Shown: positions 1 to 8,627 of the stretch, piece by piece
How the letters are laid out: every line of letters starts with the position of its first letter
Position numbering within the stretch: position 1 is the first letter of the stretch
NCBI RefSeq assembly: GCF_006345805.1
Contig: NW_021824604.1
Coordinates: 1-18,061, forward strand
Source of the DNA: Octopus sinensis
Taxonomy: Eukaryota
Direction of reading: 5' to 3'
Length of the DNA stretch: 18,061 bases
The notes under the pieces: generated by a model
Database searches by the model: none
What the model was told of the DNA's origin: nothing
Seen by the model: the letters and a program-made list of their open reading frames with translations, nothing else
Made by a program: the position numbers and the translations under genes

Positions 1-2190
1 GACGGCATGGGCTTGCTTCTCCAGGTGCCTAGTCGCAAGCCCACTGACTTTTCCCGGTTGATTTTCGCTCCTGTCACCGCTTCGTAGTTTTTCAGTGTCT
101 CGCCGACTGCTCAATGTGCTCGTGGCTAGACACTATGAGGGTGACGTCGTCCGCGTATGCAGACACGCTCGTCCCGCATCCCAGTTCTCGCGGGATGCCC
201 TTCAAAGAGTTTGCAGCTTCTTCGCAATAATGGCTCGAGAGTCAATACGTAAAGAAGCGACCAGAGGGGGCATCCCTGACGGACCGAACGTGCGATGTCG
301 AAGGGTCTCGATAGATGTCCATTCACGCGAATTACCGAACAGATGCCTCTGTACAAAGCGGCTATCCAGCCGCGGAAGACGGGATCGAAGCCAGCCGCTC
401 TGAGGACCGCCTCCAAGTATCGATGGTCTACCCTATCGAAAGCTTTCGATTGATCCAAATTGATCAGCGCCCCACCCATGCCAGGTTCGTTAACTACCCT
501 GTCTATGATGTAGCGCATCAGGTGGAGGTTGTCATGGATAGTCCGGCCCGGCACGGCGCATGTTTGCGCCTTGTCGATCAGTTTCTCGATGACAAGCGCC
601 AACATCTTGGCTAGCACCTTGGCCAAAATTTTCAAGTCTGCATTAAGCAGAGTGATGGGCCTAAAGTTATCTATTACATTTCCCTTGTTTAGATCTTTCT
701 TCAGCAGTGTTACGGCTCCTCGGCTCACAAAACCAGGAATGCTCCCGTTTTGCTGCTAGTCGCAGTACACCGCCGCCAAGAGATCTCCAAACAAGTCTGG
801 CATACAATTGTAAAGCTCGTAAGGTAGACCATCCAAACCCGGGGATTTGTCCCTCGAGCATTCTGCCATCGCGTCCTGCATTTCCGCCGCCGTGATGGTA
901 CCTTCGCAGCACCCTGCCTCTCTTGTCGAGAGACGTGTTAGGCTATGTAGGTAGGCACTGAAGTCCACCCTACGTTCTTGCCCGCCATTCGTCCCGAACA
1001 GTCGAGGAAAATGCTGCTGAAAGGCCTCAAACATTTTACTTGGCTCGAGCAATTCGCACCCCTGTTCATCTACCAGGGACCGAATGGTGGCTTTGTTGCC
1101 CTGTTGCGCCTCCGCCATCCGGGCCTCTCTCGCGGCTCCAACACCTTCGTTCCTTAGAGCACGCATCCTAGCTCTGACAGCACACCTTCGTGTTTGGCGT
1201 TGAAGTGTTGGTCGAGGGCTAACCTCGCCGCCAAAACGTCGGATGCGATGCCGCTTCTAATTGCCTCTTCTAGCTTCTTAACTAGCTCACCTACCTCTCT
1301 ATTTCTATCTATGGCTAGTGCTTTGCTGTACCTAATCGCTTCTGCTTTTACTGCTCTCTTGAGGGCAAACCACCATTTGTTGTTGATGATGGCTCCCGTC
1401 AAAGCCCTCTTTACTAGTGTGCTAATCCGGTCTCTGAAAACCTGTCTCGATGGGAAAGACGCGTTTAATTTCCAGTATCCGGGACCCTGCCTAAGTGTCT
1501 TACCTAAGTCTAGCGTACATGTCACAAGTTTGTGATCCGTGTAGCTGACTATGTGGAATTGTGGACATCCTATACTATCTCTGTCTACTGTCCTACACAG
1601 TATCCTACCTAGATACGATCTCGACAACCCGATGCGGTTGCTCCATGTCCACGTTGGTGCATTCGGGTGGTCTAGTCGTAACCTGTCAGACAGTTGAAAG
1701 CGTCTGAGCAGGTATCTGAGGCATTTGCATTCCCGTCTATTCTTATCTCTACCCACGTAGGCTACATGCGTGTCCAAGGTAGCATTCCAATCCCCCACTA
1801 AGAGTAAAGGACGAGACGTTCCCAAGAATACTTCTAGACGTTGAAAGAAATCCGCCCGACCTGTTAAGGGCGGTACGTAGACTGATACGAATCGAAAAGC
1901 GCACCCATTGCTGCCGTCGACATCCAGGACGACCAGTCTACCCTCCGGGTTTACGAATATTGTCCTTACTTTGAGATCTAGACTCTTGCGAAAAAGTACC
2001 GTGGTGCTACTACCGCCCATTCTCTGCAGACAGGGGGGAAAATAAATGTTGAACTGTCCGCCAAACATGGTCTTTATGGCCCGCAGATTGTGCAGTTTGG
2101 TCTCACTTATGGCTATGATTTCTGACTTATGTGACTTTGTTTCTAAGGGGACCCCAAGCCACGCGCATTTACACAACCAATCTTGATCAT
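1..2190 (-). pseudogene. Copy A ORF2: APE endonuclease + reverse transcriptase, disrupted
   Basis: Starts at ATG 2190 (MIKIGCVNARGL), with a premature TAG at 2143-2145 and a deletion/frameshift. EN motifs: AISETKL, VSVYVP, GDWNA, TWTW, YTDH, GPGYWKLN. RT motifs: KSPGLDG, NFRPITLLNADLKILAK, LDQSKAFDRVDH, VRQGCPL, and YADD at ~146-157 in a shifted frame. Further stop at 756 and frameshift at ~1160. Confidence 0.95.
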
Positions 2191-2230
2191 AATCCTAATG
2201 AATTAGAATACAAGTGAAAGGAACAGAGGG

Positions 2231-4213
2231 TTACTTACTGCTCGAAAGTTTTTGCTTTCTCGTCTTTGGTTTGTCCTCGAGGAGATCCCAGTACAGTTTC
2301 TTTGTGAGATATTTTTGGCATTTACCAACCGCACTGGGGAAAATGCCTTTGAGTGTGTGGTGCAGACTTTTGAGATGTGTAATATTTTGATGTGGTCTGG
2401 TGGTTGTGTATGGGTGTTGTTGTTGTTTTTATGTCATCTTCTGTTATGTTTGTTTTTGATTTGATGTATTCCATCAAATTTGTGTTTTTTTGGTGTCTAT
2501 GGCTGTGAGCATGTTTGCTGTATATGTTTTTTGTGGTGTTGGTGTGGCTGTTGTTTGTGTTGGGCTTTGAAATGTCTTCGGGAGATGTACTTCCCCCTGC
2601 TTTGTTCGTGTTTGCATTTGGTTTGGTTGTGTTTCTGCTCTTTATTTTCCTTCTTTTTGTAGTTATTTGCCATTCCTCACTGGTTTCGTCTTCCGACGAA
2701 ATTCCTGAGTAATCAGTAGGGGTAGGGGTATGTTGTAGGCTTCAATGTATGTCTGTGTAAGTGGTTGTGCTGTTGTTTTCGTTGCTGTTGGTTGTTGAGT
2801 GTTTGTGTGTGGTGAGTGCGGTATAAGGGATGGGGAATCAGTTTTTGTGTATTTTCTTTGTTTTTCTGTTACTTTGGTTCTTGCTGTTGTTGGTGGTGTT
2901 GGTATTTTCTCAGGTGTTAAGTGATTTTTGGTTGTTGACGGATTAGCTTGGTGTGCTTCTCTTGTCGTCTTCTGTGTTGATGGTGGTGTGGGTAGTAGAG
3001 CTTGTTGTTGTTGCTCTTGGTGTGCAGTGGTTGGGCACGTCTTTTTCAAGTGTGTTTCGCTTCCACACAAATAGCAGCGTGGTCGCCTGCCCTCTACCAC
3101 TACATAAAGTTTCTAGCCTCCTGGCAGTTCTATAGTGGTGGGTATCTTCTCTCTTGCTGCTTCATCCAATTGAAGTAGGAATTCGATTGATTTTCCCACA
3201 TAGTCTTTCTCTCCTAGAACAGCGATTTGAAGGATGTTTGTCTCTGACATTGTCTCTGTCATTTCAAAGCAGATGGCAGAGACTAACCATTGTGTTTCGA
3301 CTTCAAGTGGTACATTGCTTATTTGGACTTTCGTGACTCTCTTGTTTAAATAGACTTGTATCATTACCAAGTCGTCCGAATGCAGCTCCAATGTGGAAAA
3401 ACGTTTGCTAAATTTTCGTTGAGGAAACGTACTTGGACTGTACCAAATTTATTCCCCAACTGATATATTCCTTGGAGTCCCATGCAGGACGAAGGCATTT
3501 TCACTTTTTTTTTTCCTGCGGTGCATTTTCTGTTCGTCTTGTTTTCTTGTTTATTACTTTATAAATTATTGTTTTTTCTTGTGTGTTTTCCACGATGTGT
3601 TGTGGAATGTGAAGGTGCAATTTGTCTCCTTCTTTGGTGAAGAGTGCTTTTGTGCAGTTTATTTCCTGTGTGGTGAATGTTACAATTGTTCGTTTTTGTT
3701 TTGTCACATCCGCAAAATTCGTTTTAAATTTGGCGGTGTTAGCAGCAGAAGGGTTAGTTGTAGCAGTTGAAGTCGTGGTAGAGGTGTTGGTGTTGGCGGT
3801 GTTAGCAACAGAAGGGTTAGTTGTAGCAGTCGAAGTCGTAGTAGTGGTGTTGGTGTTGGCGGTGTTGTCTTTGGTAGGCGGATTTGTGCCCATTTCGTTG
3901 TTGTTGTTGTTGGTGGTGATGCTGGTGGTGCTGGCATTCATGTTTTCGTCTGTATTCGTTTTTGAAATCCCTTTCTCCGTCCTTTTATCATCGAAAGTGG
4001 TGTAGGGAGTGGGGGGAAATCTAAGTTAATGTCTTCAGTCGCGGCTATGGTGAATGGTCTTGCGACGTTAGTTTTGCTGTTGTTGTTGTTGTTGGTAGTG
4101 TTGGTGGTGACAGCGGTGTTCAAGCTGCGAGGTTTAGCAGCTAGTGGTAGCAATAGTGTTTCGCTACCGTTCTGCATGACTGGCGGGCTAGCCACGTGGT
4201 TTCTAGTTGCCAT
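2231..4213 (-). pseudogene. Copy A ORF1 (gag-like nucleic-acid-binding protein), fragmented
   Basis: Consecutive ORF pieces 3938-4213, 3501-3941, 3113-3391 and 2663-3100, ending KQKLSSSK* at 2231. Contains an RRM-like segment (VTKVQISNVPLEVETQWL), a C-X2-C-X4-H-X4-C knuckle (CYLCGSETHLKKTC) and T/N/P/Q-rich regions. It lies directly upstream of ORF2. Confidence 0.85.
3730..3866. repeat. 63-bp tandem repeat, about 2.2 copies, in frame within ORF1
   Basis: Units start at 3730, 3793 and 3856 (ttggcggtgtt...) and encode TANTNT(T/S)TTTSTATTNPS(V/A)AN twice. Confidence 0.9.
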
Positions 4214-4308
4214 TTTCCAAATGAAAAATGGCTAAAAAGAAACAACGAAAGTTTTGAAAGTTTTTGGTAATTTCGCCCATACAGGGGCGGAATTCTACGT
4301 GAATAATT

Positions 4309-4665
4309 CTGACCGCATCTCGGGCAGGTCGTCCCCGTGTTTCTCGAGCCGTGTCTGTAGAGCTCATCCCGAATGGGTAGCGGTTCTCGGTAGCACTGCC
4401 AGGTCAGGGATCTCTGGAAGTTGTCCATGGGCCCTGGCCCGAAAGTCGTCCCGAACAGGCGGGTCAGCTACTCCTCGTCGACGTCCAAATTCGCCCCGAG
4501 CTCGCCGTCGTACCTTCCTTCCTCTAATCCCCTATAGAATGCTTTGGTTGTGATGAAGTCACTCAAGGTCGACCAAGGACGGCAGAGTTGCTTGAGAGCA
4601 ACGCGACACTCGCGGTGCCATTCGCCTTTCCTCGGCCTCTTTTTGATCCACGACTGCAGACGTTC
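4309..4665 (-). mobile_element. Copy B: internal ~355-bp ORF2 C-terminal fragment, truncated at both ends
   Basis: Aligns by eye to copy C ~5560-5914 (LQSWIKKRPRKGEWHRECR ... GPMDNFQRSL ... TCPRCGQ). It lacks the rest of the zinc finger and the 3' UTR. Confidence 0.92.
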
Positions 4666-4698
4666 AGATAGATAGATAGATTGATAGATAGATAGATA
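4666..4698. repeat. (GATA)n microsatellite joining the copy C 3' end to the copy B 5' end
   Basis: About 8 units with one variant unit (GATT). Confidence 0.97.
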
Positions 4699-6445
4699 AG
4701 TTTCTTTATTGGCCACACAGGGCTGCACACAGATGGGACAAGTTACAAGGTAGAGCTTTTCTTTTGGGGGATGAAAAAAACAAAAAACGAAAGAAACAAA
4801 AAAAAGGAAGGGGCGTAGGTTTTCGATCAAGAGGAATCGTAAAAGGGAAGAAAAGAACAAAAAAATAAATAATTAAAAAAATAAAAAAGAAAAAGAAAAA
4901 AGAAAAGGAAAAGGAACAAAAGAAAATAGAAATGAAAAAAGAAGAAAAAAGGGGAAAAAAAGGGGAAGAGGAAAAAAAAGCGATCAATAGGGATCGTGTA
5001 TCGCAGTGTTATGATATATGGTGTAAAGAGGAAAGCAAGTAAGGTTTATCCGTGGGAAGAAAAGCCTACGAAAAAGACCACGGTAACCTTGGTCAATATT
5101 GTTATATGTTACCACATTTGTTTGCAAGTGGGTAACCCTCTGTTTCAATTTCTGGGTTCATAGGATTATGCCACAGGTGGCTTCGTCATTCATACGTGCC
5201 ATCCTTGCTACATTCACCCATCGTTTTTTTAAAACATTCGCTAGACAAAACTTGCCTCTCTACTCTCACTTTCCTTTTCAAGTGGTACTTGAAGAAGTTG
5301 ATGAGAGATTGACCAGAGAGGAAAGTGTTTGTCTCCAATCCTTTCAGACGCGTCCACCAGATACGTTCTTTCGCCATAGCCACAAGGATGATGAAAATAG
5401 CTCTTCCTTCCCGTTTGAAAGAAGGAGGCGTGACAATATTGACGATAGACTCAGCTGATAAACCGACTCGTCCCACACGTGACAGCAGTTGTTCGACATA
5501 AGCCCACAGGTCGGAAATTGTTGGACACTGCACGAGTACGTGCAGAACGGTTTCGTCGCTCAGCCCACATCTCGGGCAGGTCGGCCCCGTGTTTCTCGAG
5601 CCGTGTCTGTAGAGCTTATCCCGAACGGGTAGCGCTTCTCTGTAGCACTGCCAGGCCAGGGATCTCTGGAAGTTGTCCATGGGCCCTGGCCCGAAAGTCG
5701 TCCTGAACAGGTGGGTCAGGTACTCCTCGTCGACGTCCAGGTTCGCTCCGAGCTCGTCGTCGTATCTCCCCTCCACTAATCCCCTATATAATGCTTTGGT
5801 TGTGTTGAAGTCACTCAAGGTCGACCCAGGACGGCAGAGTTGCTTGAGAGCAACGCGACACTCGCGGTGCCATTCGCCCTTCCTCGGCCTCTTTTTGATC
5901 CACGACTGCAGTTCGGTCATGGAGACGAGCTGCGGGAAAGCGTGTCTCACAAACGGCGACCACACCTGTTCACCGTCGTCTACGAAAAGCCTGAGATGTC
6001 GCAGACTCAGCACGTGTCTGCGCATCATCAACCACAGCATGCCCAGTCCTCCTTTTAACGGGTGTTGACAGCAAATGGATCGCCTGACCATCGGGACGCA
6101 TCCTTTCCACAAGAAGCGAAAGAGAATGCGTTGTAGTTTGGTGATTGTAGGGTCGGGACAAGGCACGACGGTCAGGCGGTAGTAGATGACGGACGCGATG
6201 TACGTGTTCGCCACCTCCGCCCGACCTTTTAGGGACAGTTTCCTCTCGGCCCATTGCCGGGTGAGAGTGACCACCCTACTCGTTATCTCGTTCCCGTTCT
6301 TCTCCACTTGGAGGTCCGGACCAAGCCAGACCCCGAGCAACTCAACCGGGCCGTCGGTCCAGCGTCCCACGACGGAGGCGCTGGATGACGGCATGGGCTT
6401 GCTTCTCCAGGTGCCTAGTCGCAAGCCCACTGACTTTTCCCGGTT

Positions 6446-6448
<3 letters not shown>
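4699..6448 (-). mobile_element. Copy C (subfamily 1): 5'-truncated, 3' end intact
   Basis: Post-RT part of ORF2 plus a ~460-bp pyrimidine-rich (sense strand) 3' UTR. Ends GCCCTGTGTGGCC-AATAAA-GAAACT-(TATC)n, with AATAAA at 4705-4710. Confidence 0.95.
5158..6448 (-). pseudogene. Copy C ORF2 C-terminal fragment (post-RT region + zinc finger)
   Basis: INREKS..., [28 protein letters not shown]-x3-ETVLH-x4-C. An extra base in the T-run at 5224-5230 shifts the last codons; by comparison with copy E the true stop is at 5158-5160. Confidence 0.92.
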
Positions 6449-6507
<59 letters not shown>

Positions 6508-6517
6508 CAGATAGATG

Positions 6518-6551
<34 letters not shown>

Positions 6552-6560
6552 CAGATAGAC

Positions 6561-6643
<83 letters not shown>

Positions 6644-6661
6644 CAGACAGATAGATAGATA
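6446..6661. repeat. (GATA)n microsatellite with GACA variants, joining the copy D 3' end to the copy C 5' end
   Basis: About 54 units, read directly from the sequence. Confidence 0.98.
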
Positions 6662-6954
6662 ACTTTTTATTGTGGCCACACAGGGCTAAACACAGAATAA
6701 AAATGGACGAAATACATCGTAGAGTTTTTCTTTTCGAGGTGGGATGGGTGGCACATACAAGGAAAAAAAACGATCGATCAATAGGGATCTGCGGGTTGTG
6801 TGGGGTAAAAAAAAGTATAATATATATAAATAAAGTTCACAGTTTAGGTGTAGCCCTGGAAAGAAAAACCTACAAAAAAGACCAAGGTCACCTCAGACAG
6901 TTCGAAAATGAACACATGAGTAAGTCACCTTACCTCTCGTTGTCACTTTTGGTT
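6662..6954 (-). mobile_element. Copy D (subfamily 2): 3'-UTR-only copy, ~293 bp
   Basis: Collinear with the copy F 3' UTR (8336-8629). AATAAA at 6666-6671. GATA tracts on both sides. Confidence 0.92.

Positions 6955-7010
<56 letters not shown>
6955..7010. repeat. (GATA)14 joining the copy E 3' end to the copy D 5' end
   Basis: Perfect repeat, read directly from the sequence. Confidence 0.98.
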
Positions 7011-8327
7011 TGTTTCTTTATTAGCCACACAGGGCTGCACACAGATAGAACCAAATTACAAGGTAGAGCTTTTCTTTTGAAGGTATTAAAAAAAAAAAAA
7101 AAAAAAAAAAGGAAGGGGGAGGTTCGATCAAAAGGGATCGTAAAGGAGAGAAAGAGGACAAAAATAAGGGGGTTAAAAAAAAAAAAAAAAAAAAAAAAAG
7201 GGGGGAGAGGAAAAAAAAATGATCAATAGGGATCGTTATCACAGAAATGTCAATATGAAGTGTAAAGGGGAGGACAGGTGAGGTTTACCCGTGGAAAGAA
7301 AAGCCTGCGGAAAGACCACGGTAACCTCGGTCAATGAAGTCACATTTTATATTTCTTTTTTTTTTTTTTTTTTTTTTTTGCAATAAGCAACTCTCTGTTT
7401 TCGATTTCTGGGTTCATAGGACTATGCTCAAGGTGGCTTCGTCATTCATACGTGCCATTCTTGCTACATTCACCCATCGTTTTTTAAAACATTCGCTAGA
7501 CAAAACTTGCCTCTCTACTCTCACTTTCCTTTTCAAGTGGTACTTGAAGAAGTTGATGAGAGATTGACCAGAGAGGAAAGTGTTTGTCTCCAATCCTTTC
7601 AGACGCGTCCACCAGATACATTCTTTCGCCATAGCCACAAGGATGATGAAAATAGCTCTTCGTTCCCGTTTGAAGGAAGGAGGCGTGACAATATTGACGA
7701 TAGACTCAGCTGATAAACCGACTCGTCCCACACGTGACAGCAGTTGTTCGACATAAGCCCACAGGTCGGAAATTGTTGGACACTGAACGAGTGCGTGCAG
7801 AACGGTTTCGTCGCTCTGACCGCATCTCGGGCAGGTCGGCCCGTGTTTCTCGAGCGTGTCTGTAGAGCTTATCCCGAACGGGTAGCGCTTCTCGTATAGC
7901 ACTGCCAGGCCAGGGATCTCTGGAAGTTGTCCATGGGCCTGGCCCGAAGTCGTCCCGAACAGGCGGGTCAGGTACTCCTCGTCGACGTCCAGGTTCGCCC
8001 CGAGCTCGTCGTCGTACCTCCCCTCGACTAAACCCCTATAGAATGCTTTGGTTGTGTTGAAGTCACTTAAGGTCGACCCAGGACGGCAGAGTTGCTTGAG
8101 AGCAACGCGACACTCGCGGTGCCATTCGCCCTTCCTCGGCCTCTTTTTGATCCACGACTGCAGTTCGGTCATGGAGACGAGCTGCGGGAAAGCGTGCCTC
8201 ACAAACGGCGACCACACCTGTTCACCGTCGTCTACATAGAGCCAGAGATGTCGCAGTCTCAGCGCGTGTCTGCGCATCATCAACCACGGCATGCCCAGCC
8301 CTCCTTTTAACGGGTGTTGACAGCAAA
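7011..8327 (-). mobile_element. Copy E (subfamily 1): 5'-truncated, 3' end intact
   Basis: Coding part nearly identical to copy C. 3' UTR spans 7011-7413, with AATAAA at 7017-7022. Confidence 0.95.
7414..8327 (-). pseudogene. Copy E ORF2 C-terminal fragment
   Basis: CCQHPLKGGLGMPWL ... CPRCGQSDETVLHALVQC ... EATLSIVL*, with compensating frameshifts at ~7840-7950. Confidence 0.92.
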
Positions 8328-8335
8328 GATAGATA
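8328..8335. repeat. (GATA)2 spacer joining the copy F 3' end to the copy E 5' end
   Basis: GATAGATA lies exactly between the two homology boundaries. Confidence 0.85.
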
Positions 8336-8627
8336 ACTTTTATAGTAGCCACATAGGGCTAAACACAGAATAAAAATGGACGAAATACAATGTAGAATTT
8401 TTTCTTTTTAGAGGTGGGATGGGTGGGGCACAAAAAAAAAACGTTTGATCAATAGGGAACTCTGGGTTGTGTGGTGTATAAAAAAACAATATATATATAG
8501 ATATATAAGGTTCACAGTTTAGGTGTAGCCTTGGAAAGAAAAACCTACAAATAAGACCAAGGTCACCTTAGACAGTTCGAAAATGAACACATGAGTAAGT
8601 CACCTTACCTCTCGTTGTCTCTTTTGG

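Larger units (their letters stand above)
1..4308 (-). mobile_element. Tx1/L1-clade non-LTR retrotransposon, copy A (subfamily 1); 5' end apparently complete, 3' part runs off the left edge of the window
   Basis: Short 5' leader (~4214-4308), then ORF1 remnants (2231-4213) and ORF2 EN+RT remnants (1-2190). Bases 1-62 match copy C at 6387-6448. Confidence 0.93.

Noticed and set aside
4214-4308. Possible HDV-like ribozyme at the element 5' end
   Set aside because: Only a simple hairpin is visible; I could not build the nested double pseudoknot.
5186-6679. 497-aa ORF with an N-terminal (YLSI)n repeat fused to the Tx1 C-terminus; similar chimeric ORFs at 7414-8352 and 4468-4860
   Set aside because: Artefact: (TATC)n has no stop codons, so reading frames run across the junctions, and the starts are non-ATG codons in the neighbouring 3' UTR.
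4666-7010. Target-site duplications around copies C and D
   Set aside because: They cannot be delimited inside a perfect tetranucleotide repeat.
4666-8335. Repeat-separated array superficially like CRISPR or a segmental tandem duplication
   Set aside because: The separators are variable-length microsatellites, and the units are retrotransposon pieces with different 5' ends from two subfamilies.
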